Below, in pieces: positions 1 to 12,868 of a stretch of 64,000 nt of DNA. Below the pieces are notes generated by a model that saw only the letters and a program-made list of their open reading frames with translations, had not been told where the DNA came from and did no database searches. Origin of the DNA: Eledone cirrhosa (lineage: Eukaryota); the NCBI GenBank assembly GCA_964016885.1, contig OZ024742.1:221774001-221838000 (forward strand). The letters run 5' to 3'. A program made the translations under genes and the position numbers. Numbering within the stretch: the stretch's first letter is position 1; each line of letters starts with the position of its first letter.

Positions 1-1113
1 ACTGCATTGTTTCTTTCCAGGTAAACTGACATCTGACTGTTCAAAGAAGACTTCAAGTGTAACTAGTAGTGACTTCTCTTGAAAATTGACAAAATTTGGC
101 ATCATGGTGTCATCAAGTACCTGCAGAAAAAGGGTTTAGAGCCCAAGGTCATTAATGCTGACATAGTTGCTACATTAAGGGATGATGATCCAGATTTATC
201 AACAGTGCAAAAGGGAGCTGCTGAATTTGGGAGGGGAAGGGAGAGTCTTGAAGATGACTGAACTCTGAATGTCCTGCAACTGCCACAACCAAGGAAAACA
301 TTGATCATGTTCACCACATGGTGATGGATGAAAGGCGATTAACTATAAATCAAATAGCCAATGCTATTATCATATCCCACAAGAGAGTTGAGAATATTCT
401 GCACAATAAACTTGGCATGGCGAAGGTTTCTGCTTGGTGGGTGCCATGTCTTCTGACACCTGATTAAAAGCACACCAGGCTGATTACTTCACGGGAAAAT
501 CTGACATTGAGGCAGCTGGTTTCCTATGTGTTGAGTTCATTACTTCGAGTCACAGACAAAGAGATAATCCAGGCAGTGAAAACACCCCTCCTCACCTGCT
601 CAAAAGAAGGCCAAGGTCATTTCATCTGTAGGGAAGGCAATGGCCTCAGTGTTGACTTAAAAGCCATTGTGTTTATTGACTATCTTCAAAAAGGGCCACA
701 CTATCAATGGAGAGTACTATGCCAACTTGCTAAGGCTATCAATACCAAACGTCCAGTAAAACTCATGAAAGGGTCTCATTTCATTAGGACAAGTCCTTGG
801 TTTCAATGGCTGCTATGCATGACTGTGACTTTGAACTGGTTGATCACCCCTCCCTATTCTCTTGATTTGGCCCCATCTGACTATCATCTGTTCGCCAACA
901 TGAAAAAATAATTAGCTAGGAACCAGTATCACAGTGATGATGACGTCATATGTGCTGCTGTTGACTTTTTTGACCAACACGATCCGAGCAAGCACTGCAA
1001 CACTGACGGAAGAAGTGTGTGGACCATAATGGGGACTATGTTGAAAAATAAACCTCATTTGGCCATATTCCATGAGTATCTTGGTCAGCCTATGAACTTT
1101 TCAGCTGACCCTC
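1..1113 (+). mobile_element. Degenerate mariner (Tc1/mariner) transposon, left end outside window
   Basis: Broken transposase: N-terminal KIWHHGVIKYLQKKGL, WVP motif near 438, PPYSLDLAPSDYHLF (YSPDLAPSD motif) near 850; right TIR-like GAACTTTTCAGCTGACCCTC at ~1093-1112; many stops and frameshifts. Confidence 0.85.
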
Positions 1114-1524
1114 CTAGTATACGAGGGTGTTGTAGAAACTTACTGCCACACTTCATTCTACTTCAACAATAGATACCACCATAGCTTAAATTAGAACATA
1201 GTTTAGGACACACACCATGTTATCTCTTCACCACTGCCGGTATTAAAAGAACCCACTACATTCAGATTATAAAATGCCAGCATAAGAACAGCACAAGATA
1301 TCCTTCTCTGACTTAGTTTCCCAAAGTCTTCTTTTGAAGAAGGCATTTTATTCCAAAATATTAAGGCTCAATTAAACACCTTCAAGGTAATATCCCCACA
1401 ACTCTGTAATCGTTAATTTTAACATTTAATATCCTCTTTGCATTGTTGTATCCCTCTAAAAAATACACTATTTTTTATAATATACATAGTCAGAATACCA
1501 TCTATATTTTGGTGTCACTTTCAG

Positions 1525-1645
1525 CTCTTCAACGTGGCTAACCTCAAGCTGGTGGATTCATTGATTTTGGAACAGTTTTTGTATAGTGAGGCACAACCAA
1601 GGAAAGTATGGACTAATTGTGAAACAACTGAGGAAATCCTTGATG
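1525..1645 (+). CDS. Internal coding exon of unidentified host gene (LFNVANLKLVDSLILEQFLYSEAQPRKVWTNCETTEEILD)
   Basis: Acceptor cactttcag|, donor G|gtaaga, only one open frame; 121 nt ending in phase 1, matching the next exon. Confidence 0.75.
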
Positions 1646-2301
1646 GTAAGATAAACTAAAATGGAATTGTTCACTTCTGTGTTGAGGGAAGATTTGAAAC
1701 TGAAAATATTAGTTTCTCATTGCATGATTGAAGTTATGGAGAAGGAGAGAGAGAGAGAGAGAGAGACAAAATCAATATTGGACTGGTACTTTATTTATCG
1801 CCCTTGAATGATGTGTTTATCACAGTTTTTAGAATAGGTACACTGTATCCCTGTATGTTACATGAGATGACAAAAAGGGTTGGTCTCATGAAAACCAATA
1901 AACATTGCCTAAAACAATCCCGTCCAAACTCATGCTGGCATGGAAAAATGGATGTAACAGCAATGATGATGGTGGCGGTGGTGGTAGTGGTGGTGATGCT
2001 GGCAGCGGTGGTAGTGGTAGTGGTGATGATGGTGGAATTGTAGGTGCACCATCTTGATACACATGTCTTGGGCATTTTATACCTGGTGGGGCCTTTCACT
2101 CTTCTGGTCTAAACAGGTGATTTCTTCCAGTGATGGAGACAGAAGAAGAATCAACCCAAGTTCTAGATGGCTACTTTCTTTATCAATATCAAAAGGATGG
2201 AAGGCAGAGTTGACCTCAGTGTCATTTTAACTCAGAAATAACATATACTGAGGCATTTTAAAATGTGATGACCTAACCACTTTATTGGTTCATTGTATTA
2301 G

Positions 2302-2436
2302 GTGACACATTGGCAGAGTTGTTAGAATGTCAGATAGAATGCTTTATGGTATTGGTTCTGGCTCTCTGCTCTCTAAGTTCAAATCCTGCCGAGGTCAAGA
2401 TCGATAAAAAAAGTACCAGTCTAGAACTGGGGGTTG
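2302..2436 (+). mobile_element. Degenerate tRNA-derived SINE
   Basis: A-box-like TGGCAGAGTTGTT, B-box-like GTTCAAATCC, and GATAAAA..AGTACCAG shared with other SINE copies in the window. Confidence 0.65.
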
Positions 2437-3320
2437 ATTCTTCCTCTCTCTCTTAGGAAGAAATCTGCTGTACTCAGGCCTGGAGAGGGATGGGCTCCAC
2501 CAGGCTTAAAATGCTATGTCAATATAGCGTCCCTGCGACTATCAGGAGTTATGGGACCATACCATACCACACAATTCATGGCTCACTGTGAAATTAAGCA
2601 GATAGAATACTTTTTAGGAGATTAGTATCGGTGTACATATAGAATTATTATAAAAGACAGTAAATACCGGTGTGTGTTGTAATAATGTTTTTACTTCATA
2701 GAAGTCAAAGGTATTAAATATAAAGGAGTCATTACCCGATGGTCACAACTCCAGACTGAAGTGTGTATAGAAAAGAAGAGATCTTTTCTAGCTGGTGTTA
2801 ACATCTTAGGCTCTCAGGCTGCATGTTGCATTGTTCTTGGTGGCGAAGGATTATCAAAAAGGAATCATCTCAAGCTAAGGTCGCAGGTGTTACCACTTCG
2901 GAAATCAGGAGGCGAGAGAGAGATATCGTGGTGACCTGTTCCTTTTATAGGAGGTGACCGGAAGTGACCAACAGGGAGTCTGTCAATCCCAAAGGGAAGC
3001 TACTTCCTGTCTAGAGGGCGGTGATGAGATTGTCATGACAAGGGAGGCAACTCTTGCTACAACTTCATGGTATTTGTTCTGGCGCCCTGCACTATCAGTT
3101 CAATAACCACTGTAGATAACTTGGTTATCCACAGTGTTGGTTCTTTCTCTATCTCTCTGAAAGAAATTGGCTGTGTTCTGACTCGGAGAGGGATAGGCTC
3201 TGCCAGTGATGAATGCCTAAGACAGAGTTACCATTGGTGACTCTGTCCACTTCTTTCTATCTCCAGAGGTTTATATACCTGTATTGTATCAGCTTACAAT
3301 GTGCTAACATACTTTAACTT

Positions 3321-3475
3321 TGGTTCCAGTACTATCACTTTACAAAGTGTACTGGGAGCATTTTATTGTGGCACCAACACTACAATTTTACAGACTAGGC
3401 TGGGTGTATTTTATTATGGCACCAGTACTACCACTTTACAGCTTGTACTGGGTGCATTTTATTGTGGCACCAACT
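3321..3475 (+). repeat. ~48-bp minisatellite, ~3 copies, related to the RTE 3' UTR unit
   Basis: Repeated tggcacca..cactttaca..ctgggtg.attttatt; a similar unit occurs at 7700-7865 and 18478-18575. Confidence 0.7.
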
Positions 3476-3489
3476 GCATATATACATAC

Positions 3490-3549
<60 letters not shown>

Positions 3550-3612
3550 CTGTATACATCCATAACCATATTTACATTGATTTCTTATTAAACAATTTCT
3601 GCCTACTTACAG

Positions 3613-3725
3613 CCATAATTCTGGATGTTGTTCTACATAATCAGTTCCACATGTTCACCACATGTTCACTTACACAGGAATGCCGCATATTACAGAATGT
3701 TTACCAGAATGCAGTAACAGACATA
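3613..3725 (+). CDS. Penultimate coding exon of unidentified host gene (AIILDVVLHNQFHMFTTCSLTQECRILQNVYQNAVTDI)
   Basis: Acceptor cctacttacag|, donor ATA|gtaagt; 113 nt, phase 1 to phase 0, joins both neighbouring exons in frame. Confidence 0.8.
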
Positions 3726-3879
3726 GTAAGTACAGATATTCTTTTATTCCTTTTAACTTTAACTCTTTAATTCTTTTATTCTTTTACTAGTTTAAGTCAT
3801 TAGTTTACTCGTCCTGCTTTATACATAGTTTAAGTCATTAGTTTATACATACTCACCCTGCTTTATACATAGTTTAAGT

Positions 3880-4460
3880 CATTAGTTTACTCACCCCTTT
3901 ATACATAGCCTGCAAGCCATTCATCTCATCTAGCTTCCTAAGTGCCCAACAGATTACAGAGTGTGGGATCCTGTCAAAAGCCTATCAAAAACCATATACA
4001 GTGGCTTACTCTTAGCTAAGTACCTCTCCTGAAGTTGTCTCACTATAAAGAGGGTATCTATAGTACTCCTGCCTGACATAAATCCAAACTGTATTTCATC
4101 TGACTTGATTCTGTTCCTAATTAGTTGTACTATAACATTTTTAGTAACTTTCATGACCTGGTCCATCAACTCGATGCCTCTATAGTTACTTTTCTCTTGT
4201 GCATCTCCTTTGCCCTTGTAGCAATTTATAATGTTACTGCTACACCAGTCATTGAGTATAACCCCTTCCAGTACTATTTAATTACCTATACATCTGATTA
4301 GTGCATATTCTACCATGCCAGATGCTTTTAACATCTCAGCAACTATACCAGAGGATCCAGCTGCCTTCCCTACATTCATGTCCTTAATTGCTTTATCTAT
4401 CTCACTGCTGTCAACTTTTATAGCTAGTCCTTCCTTCAGTTGGATCTACATGGGGTAGGC
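3880..4460 (-). mobile_element. Old RTE LINE RT fragment
   Basis: MDQVMKVT...QFGFMSGRSTIDTLFIVRQLQERYLAKSKPLY, homologous to the intact ORF at 18681-21794. Confidence 0.85.
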
Positions 4461-4489
4461 CTTTGCTGTCCCATTTATTCTCTTCACTC

Positions 4490-6200
4490 AGCACTCCTCC
4501 ATATATTGGCGGACCGAGTCACGGAGCACCTCCGGGACATTCGTCTCGGGGGCAGTTCCCCCATCGCCCGCCACTTTGATGGCCCTGGACACTCCGCACG
4601 CCATCTCACAGTCTGTGGCCTACTCCAGTGCCACGGAACACCCGCCCATCGCCTCACGGTCGAACAACGTACTATCTTCATCTTACAGACCCACACTCCC
4701 CCCGGCCTGAACTCCCCACCCTTATTCCTTTAGCGTTCGACCGCCGCCCTCCCCCCACTTATCCCCCACTAACACCACTAACACACCCCTCCTTTTCACC
4801 GCCCACCCCACACTAACAATACTAACACCTCCACTCCACCCCTCATCTGACCACCCTTCCCCAACTAACATACTAACATCCCTTCCCTCCCCTCTTCTCC
4901 TCCTCCCCCCTCCTTATCACACGCACACACGCACCCACTTACACCACCCACCCCACACGCAACTAACATCACTAACACCCTCCAACCCCACGCACACGTA
5001 CCCACACACCCTCGTACACCACCAACTCTACACACCCTACCCCCACTAACCCCCACTCACACCTGCATTCCACCCCTCCCCACCTCCCGTATACTAACAC
5101 CCACTAACACCTCCTCACCAAACTACACACACACCAGTACACCACACTCCCTCCATAGAACCACACACACCCTTCTCTCCCCACTCCACACTCACTCATC
5201 CCACTAACACCCCTACTAATACACACACACACACACACACACACACCCTCCTCACTCCAACTCTCACACCTACCCATCCTCGCCTCCCTACCATTCCGCC
5301 GACTGCTGCTATGCCCTTCCGACCACTGTCTCAGCACCAACTGACCACAGCACTTCCACTGCTGACCACTTCCTGTTGCGCGCGCACCCCACATCTCTCC
5401 TCTTCCGACCACCGCTTCTTGGATTACCCACACGCGTTTTGACTTCCAACCAAAATCTCCATACATCCGTGTAACTTACCACTTTCAACCATCCTCTAAC
5501 ACCATCACCTATATAACTCACCCACACACACACACCAAAACAATTTTTTTTATCCACACGCCACCCACACCCACAACACGCTTAAACCACACACACGTGC
5601 TTCCCACCACATATTTACACCCTCAGCCCCCTGATTCCTCTCCCCCCACCCCCTATCCACACACGCACAGACCCTCCGACCCCCCAAAAACACCCCCCAC
5701 ACACACCTTCCTGAACATGCAACCCCGTTCTTCCCCCAACCCTCACTTTCACATACACACACACACACACACACGCACACCTAACCACACACACCACCTT
5801 CAGCCCTCCCCGCTCGGACACCCCGTCTCCCTCTCCCCACTCCATCCGCCACCACCCCTACTCACCCCACACCCTTCCACCACCTGTTTACCCCCCTTTT
5901 AATTTCAGTTTATTTTGATCATGCCTTTATTTTTAAATTTTCTCATTCCTTGTATTTTGATCATGCTTTATTTTTATTTATTATTTATTATATTTTTGTC
6001 TTTATTTGTTAATTTTTCATTCGCACCGTTTCCTTTCGCTATATGTCTCTCCACCACTCCCCTACACACCTTTTGAACTCTCACCTGAAGAAGGGCTTAT
6101 GCCCGAAACGTCGTCCCCCACCTAACCCCCACTCTCCTGAGCGTGAATTTAATAAACATTTATCGTACTGCCTCTCTGTTCTGTCCCTGTTCAATTTTTC

Positions 6201-6202
<2 letters not shown>
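4490..6202 (+). mobile_element. 5'-truncated Penelope-like element: GIY-YIG C-terminus, C-rich 3' region, pLTR end
   Basis: LADRVTEHLRDI..SPIARHF..GHS..EQRTIFILQTHTPPGLN is a PLE endonuclease tail; hammerhead motif at 6085, AATAAA at 6151, then (TA)n. Confidence 0.8.
6085..6112 (+). ncRNA. Minimal type I hammerhead ribozyme motif
   Basis: CUGAAGA-A-GGGC-UUAU-GCCC-GAAAC-GUC; stem I not evident. Confidence 0.65.
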
Positions 6203-6258
<56 letters not shown>

Positions 6259-6263
<5 letters not shown>

Positions 6264-7005
6264 TGGACAAGGACAGCAAGGCACAGGCATCCCCATGTTT
6301 CTATCACTGTTAATGGCAAGGATCTGGAGTATGTGAACTCCTTTACTTACTTTGGCAGCAAGATGAACTGATCTGCATCTCTGTATGATCAGATCATCAA
6401 TCACATCTTTAAAGCCTCTGACACCTTTGGCAAGCTACATCATTGTCTATGGGGTGCCAGGGCTATATCCCTGAAAACAAAAGTTGTAGTTTATTGTGCA
6501 GTGGTACTGACAACACATATGGCTCGGAGTCATGGACACTTTATCGCACCCACGTTTATAATTTTGATATCTTCCACAAACATTGTCTTCGATTTATCTG
6601 TGGTTATGCACTTTCTGACAGAATCTCCAATGCTGATCTCTTCACTAGGTTCAACATCGGTGGGGTTGAGTAATTTCTGATGAAATCCCAGCACAGATGG
6701 GCTGGTCATGTCCTACAGATGACTGAGGACTGCACACCCAAGGAACTGTTATACATTCAACTTCATAATGGTGCACATAATGTAGGTAGACCATTACTCA
6801 GATATATAGACAAACTGAGGTACAATCTTAAATCTGTGAACATACCTCTTACTTCTGTTGAAGCCCTAGCTACTGACTGTGGAAAATGTGGCTTGATGCA
6901 TAAATCAGCAGCTGGACTAAAGTACCATGTAAGGTATAACCAAAAGATCGAATTGAGATGACTGTTGAACCCTCATATGTCGATATACAATGGGAGAGTC
7001 CATCA
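6259..7005 (+). mobile_element. Old RTE LINE C-terminal fragment with Zn-finger remnant
   Basis: YGSESWTLYR, RWAGHVLQM..PKELLY, CGKCG..KSAAGLKYH; frameshifted. Confidence 0.8.
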
Positions 7006-7010
7006 TATAT

Positions 7011-7522
7011 ACTCGTTATCGAGTATGGCCATTGCACGATACACCATTATTAATTAATTCTATCGTGCAATGCCTGTGCGTGAAGATATTTTTGAAAGTG
7101 AGGAAAGACTGTGCACTGAGCCAATCCCACTCTGAGCGACAGTAGCTATAACCCGAAAAGAAGAAACGATCAACATCATCAGTAACTACTGACCTGCAGG
7201 TTTTATATCAGAGTTATCCCAGTTTCCTGAGTTGCCTTCTCTTAGAAGAATGCCCTGACAAAGGCTAGGGGTCTTTCACTCCCAGTGATTTAACCGTGCG
7301 GTACATGTGTATATACATATTTACACACTTTTGGATGGCTGTTGACTCTTATGAGTTCTTCCACCCTTTGTCAGGTTTTGTTTTTTGTTCTACAGGGTGT
7401 CCAAAATCACCCTCCTCACCAAATAAACTTGGTGGGGTTGCCGGTTTAGTCGCCGACGACGCAGCCATGCGACAGGTTGTACTGGGTTATATGTTACCAG
7501 TAGCACTCAATAGTAACCCGAC
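7011..7522 (-). mobile_element. Non-autonomous RTE derivative, sister family of the 52615-type element
   Basis: 5' part is colinear with 52615-53010; 3' end CGTGCAATGGCCATACTCGATAACGAG matches the LINE tips at 52412 and 54233. Confidence 0.75.
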
Positions 7523-7554
7523 ATATATATATATACATACACACATACATACAA

Positions 7555-10025
7555 TCATCATCATCATCACCACCACATCACCACTTTTCACACTGACATG
7601 GGTTAGAGGAGTTATCCTGTTGAGGTGACCATGTCTTACTCGTACAGTACTGATTTTGGCTTGGTTTCTACAGCTGGATGCCCTTCCTAGAGCCAACCTC
7701 ATTTACAGTGACTGCTGGGTGCTTTTTGTTGTGATGCCTACATGATCACTTTACAGTGTGGACTGGGTACTTCTTGCCGTGACACCTACATGACCACTTT
7801 ACATTATGGGCTGGGCATTTTCTTGCCGTGTCGCCATCACGACCACTTTACAGTGTGGGCTGGGGGCTTCAGTCTGTCCTCATGGGAGATGTATGGGAGC
7901 GGGTTAGGTGGTGTATACTATTTATATGCTTCAGCTTTGGCCAGTGTCTGTAGGGAGTCTAGTCTTCTGTAATACTGTGTAATGCCAGAAATCTCGGTCC
8001 TTTGTCATCGCCTTTGAGAGGTGCAACTGGGCAAGGTCAGCTTTTGTCATCTCATCCCAAGTATTCCTGGGTTTCCCCACTCAATGGCTTCCATCGACTC
8101 TGAGTGCTCTGCACCTTTTTATACAGTTGTTATCTTTCATATGCATCAAATCTCCTCCTGTACACTGCATCTGATTCCTCTTATGCCCAGTTTCTCTCTC
8201 AGTACATTTATGCTTTGCCATTAACATATATAACTATTACACATCCATTGAAGCATGCAAGCTTCATTTCTTTCCAATCTATGCAAGTCTTCTGCACACA
8301 GCGACCAGGTTTCATTATCATGTAACATTGCTGTTTGTATGCATGCATCATATAGTCTGCCTTTCAATTTGAGGGAAAAGCCTTTTGTAGGTAGCAGTGG
8401 TAGTAGCTCACTGAACTTTTTCCATCCCGTTTTTACTCTGGCTACTGTGCTTTCAGAACACCCACCTCTGCTGCTAATTTGGTCACCCAGGTAGCAGAAG
8501 TTGTCTACTGTTTCTACTGAGCCTTCCCTGAATTTGATAGCACTTGTTTCTTGTGATCATTTGCTGCTTACTGTCTCGGTGCAACAACTACATGTAAAGA
8601 CTACATTCTTAGCTAAACTCCCTGAAATCCCGCTACATCTCTTGTGTACCCATAGTTTGCATTTGGGGCAGAGGATGGAATTTCTACTTACGCCTTTACT
8701 ACATACTGAACAAGGCCATTTCCTTGAGAGGATTAGGGTTCTGTTTTCTCTTCTACTTATAGGACTTTAGTCTTTGTCAAGTTAATTTTAAGACCCCTTA
8801 TTTCTAGGCCTTGCTTCCATGTTTGAAATTTCTTCTCTAGTTCCGCCATAGATTCTGCTATGAGTGTGAGATCATCCTTGTACAGGAGTTCCCATGGGCA
8901 GTTGGTCTTAAACTCCTCTGTTATAACCTGTAGTATGATGATAAACAGGAGAGGGCTAAGAACAGAGCCCTGGTGGATGCCAACCTATATGCTAAATTCC
9001 TCGCTATAGTCCTTGTTAATCCTAACTTTGCTGACTGCTCTTTGCTGACTGCTCTAACTTTGCTTATACAGCCTTCACAAGCCACTCATCTACTCCTTGT
9101 TTTCTCAGAGCCCACCAGATTATGGCACGGAGAACTCTGTCAAAAGCTTTTTCCAGATCGACAAATGCCAGGCTAAGTGGTACCATTAGCTTCACCAGGA
9201 AGAGAGCATCTGTGGTGCTTTTGCCTGGTACAAATCTGAACTGCATCTCATCTAGATTTACCTGGTCCCTAATAAGCTGTGCTATAACTCTTTTTGTTAC
9301 TTTCATGACCTGGTCCATCAGCTTGATGTTTCTACAGCTTCCTTTATCTAGTGCATCTCCTTTACCCTTGTAGCAGTTGACAATAATGCTGCAGCACCAA
9401 TCATTTGGTATGACACCATCTAGTATTACTTGGCTTACAATACATATGGTTAAGGTGTGACCTACCAGCCCAGATGCTTTCAGCATCTTGGCAACTATTC
9501 CTGATGGACCGACTGCTTTCCCAGTCTTCATATCCTTAATAGCCGTACTTACTACACTGCTGCTAACTTGTACAGCTGAGCCTTCTATGGGTTCCACTTG
9601 GGGTAGGGTCTCTTTCTCCCATGCATTCTCCTCATTCAGTAATCTTTCATACTGGCTCCTCCATGTAGCTTTCATTTCAGCATATGTGAGGGCAAGTGCA
9701 CCTTTATCATCCAAGACACACTTCTCCCCAACAACATCATAATTCTCCCTCACACACTGCCTCGCAATACTGAACACCTCCTGTTTCTGGTCTTCACGAT
9801 GCAAAACATGCTTGAATTTTTTATCCACTGCTTCCCTCCTTGCTAAGTATACTTGTTGTCTAGCTTCCCTCCTGGCCTGTATGTAGTGTATCCTGCTTCC
9901 CCCATTCTTCCATTGTTTCCATGCCTGTCTCTTGGCCTTAATTGTCTCATCAACCTTTTTGTTCCACTACCAAGTCACTCTCCTTCTCTCTGTAGTCTTG
10001 CCAACTACAAATCTTGTCTGTCGCC
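7555..10025 (-). mobile_element. Older decayed RTE LINE copy (RT to 3' UTR, (GAT)n tail)
   Basis: ORF 9064-9828 is RT homologous to the intact RTE; its 3' UTR has four ~48-bp units. Confidence 0.9.
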
Positions 10026-10044
10026 TTCAGTAGATTATCTTTTA

Positions 10045-10902
10045 TATTAGCCGCTAAAGGGTTCTCCCTAAAAATGAAAGGCAGGCTGTTTGATGCCTGC
10101 ATACGAACAGCAATGTTGCATGGCAGTGAGACCTGGGCATTGTGTGCAGAGGATATACGCAGACTAGAGAGGAAGGAAGCTTGCATGCTCCGCTGGATGT
10201 GTAATAGTAATATACGTGAACGGCAAAGCATAAACGAACTAAGGGAAAAATTAGAAATAAGAGGGATCAGATGTTGTTTACTCGAGAGAAGGCTACGTTG
10301 GTATGGTCACGTGATGCGCATGAAAGACGACAGCTGTATAAAAAAGTGCAGGGCGATAAAAATAGACGGTAGCCACGGAGTAGGCAGACCCAGAAAAACC
10401 TGGGACGACTTGATAAATTCCGACCTCACACACTTACACCTCTCCAAGACAATGTCACTGGACCGAGATCTTTGGCGCTACACAGTAATAGAGAAGACCC
10501 GCCTTACCTAAATACAAAGTAAAACCTACTACAGTCAGTAGGCACCTCTAACAAAATACACCCCCGACCCGCTACCCCCCACCCCATCCACACCACCCCT
10601 TTCAATGTAAAGTTATGTTGGTACCACAACATCCAGGCCGAAACAAATGAGATCGTGTAGGTGTCACGACAAAAAAACACACAGTCCACGCTGTAATGTG
10701 GCCGTGTAGGTAACGCGGTAAAAACCTCCCAGTTCCACACTGTAAATGTGGTTGGTGTTAGGAAGGGCATCCAACTGTAGAAAACCCGCCAGACAGTCCT
10801 ATGCGAGCAAGACAACCACCCTTGCCTCAAGTGGGAAAACTCCCGTCCAAACCCATGCAAGCATGGAATATGGATGTTAAACGATGATGATGATGATGAT
10901 GA
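10045..10902 (+). mobile_element. Young 5'-truncated RTE copy with complete 3' UTR and (GAT)n tail
   Basis: Protein nearly identical to the C-terminus of the intact RTE ORF; UTR matches 18326-18680. Confidence 0.92.
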
Positions 10903-10913
10903 TATATATATAT

Positions 10914-10950
<37 letters not shown>

Positions 10951-11685
10951 ATATATAAATATATATATATACTTATATACATACATACATATATATATGT
11001 GTATGTGTGTCTGTGTCTAAACACATACACACACAACCCATGCACATCTAGCCCATGCAAGCATGAAAAATATACATTAAATGATAATGATATATATATA
11101 TATATATATGCATACACACACTTTGAATATTGTTGATTTCTCGTGATATGCGTTTGTGCATGTGCGCATGTCTGGATGTGTGATGGTGTTAAATGTGCAG
11201 TGACAGTGTTGCTAGGATACAAGACAAATGGAACAGTCGAGAGAAATCAGATAGAGGTCAATGGCACCGTACTGCCCCTCCTCCTCTTGCCATCCCATCC
11301 CCCCACCTTCCTCGTTGACAAATGGATGTTATTAAATAATGTTCAATAAATAACATTCAGGAATGTTTATGGAAAGGCAACATAACAAAATAAATGACAG
11401 GATGGTAGGATTGGATGGGTAGGAGAAGAGAGAGGAATCACATTATTCTTACATTCTTTTATTCTTCCATTGTTTCACAGGTTTCAATCATTATTCTATA
11501 ATTATTTTAATTATTCCAACCATTATTCTTTAAATCTTTAGCTGGTTTCTTTTAAAATTCTTTTACTGGTTTTGAGTATTAATTTTTCATTCTTTATTCT
11601 TTAACTGGTTTCAATCATTAAACTTCAGTGATGCTGGGGCATCAACTTAACATTTAATGATCTGTGCCATATGAATCTACATTAA

Positions 11686-11906
11686 CCCTTTAGCATTTAA
11701 ACCTGCTGTATCTGGCCAGAATTCTCTTACCGCTTTCTGTTCAAACTGGCTGTAACCAGCTGCTCCTACTTATGTTAAGGTGTTGTTCTCAAAATAAATA
11801 ATACTTAAATCTTATAGCTTCGATATTATGTGAGGTAATTGTTTAAGATAAAGCCTTTACCACGAAAATACAATAGTAAATATAGAATAATGTAAATGCT
11901 AAAGGG
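11686..11906. mobile_element. piggyBac-type MITE
   Basis: TIRs CCCTTTAGCATTTA / TAAATGCTAAAGGG flanked by TTAA on both sides. Confidence 0.85.
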
Positions 11907-12069
11907 TTAACAAGATCCCCTTTCAAAGTATAAAACAGCACCATGACTGCAGCACATTGAAAATTAAAGTCTTTACTATAATATATCAAATTTTTACAAT
12001 GATCTGTCTAACCATAAAGATACTATAAAATGTGATTTAACAAACCACATGAAACTGCATTATCAAACA

Positions 12070-12208
12070 AAGAGTTACGGCCCTTTATGGTCTGAGTTCA
12101 AATCCCGCCGAGGTTAACTTTGCCTTTCATCCTTATGGGGTTGATAAAATAAAGTACCAGTGATACACTGGATAATTGCTGGCCTTGTGTCAAAAATAGA
12201 AACAATTA
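12070..12208 (+). mobile_element. tRNA-derived SINE, 5'-truncated
   Basis: GAGTTCAAATCCCGCCGAGGTTAACTTTGCCTTTCATCCT..GATAAAATAAAGTACCAG, same family as 38170. Confidence 0.8.
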
Positions 12209-12410
12209 TCAACACATTCTTGAAAAGTACAGACCATCACCATGACTGCATCACATTAAATATTAAAGTTTTTATACCCTAATACTGTAAATTTTTTTCA
12301 ACAATCTGTCCACTAATTAAAACACTATAAACATTTGAATTAATAAACCCATTTTTATATATTTTCTGCTAAAATCATTACAAAATTTTAATGTTATTTT
12401 CCATTTTCAG

Positions 12411-12500
12411 GGATTAGATGTCTTAATGGAACAACTTGTGGCATCACTAAGTGAAGACCTGAAAGACTTAGATGATTATGAGACAGGATTCCTCTCATAG
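12411..12500 (+). CDS. Terminal coding exon of unidentified host gene (GLDVLMEQLVASLSEDLKDLDDYETGFLS*)
   Basis: Pyrimidine-rich acceptor ttttccattttcag|, phase 0 as required by exon 3613-3725, TAG at 12498-12500. Confidence 0.75.
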   Translation, partial: GLDVLMEQLVASLSEDLKDLDDYETGFLS

Positions 12501-12830
12501 ATTTCAGATTACCATGAGTATTATATGTATATATTGACTCAGCCAATTTGCCTTACACACACACACAGACATAATAATGAAGAAGTCAGTGTATTTGAAT
12601 CTTACATAATTTTATTGATTACTTTGTTAGTGTTATACATATTTAAGTGGTATCTATTATGTAATAGATATGACCTCATTAGACAACTATTGTGTAGTCT
12701 TTTGTTCAATGTGTGATATGTCCCAAGTGGGTTTTTGGTGTTATTCCTTTAACACCTATCTGACACACACACACGCGCACACACACATCATCATCATCAG
12801 CATTTAACATCCATTTTTCGTACTGTTCAT

Positions 12831-12861
<31 letters not shown>

Positions 12862-12868
<7 letters not shown>

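Noticed and set aside
7555-10902. Single LINE with a twin-priming 5' inversion
   Set aside because: The two parts overlap in element coordinates, each has its own tail, and they differ in age, so they are two insertions.
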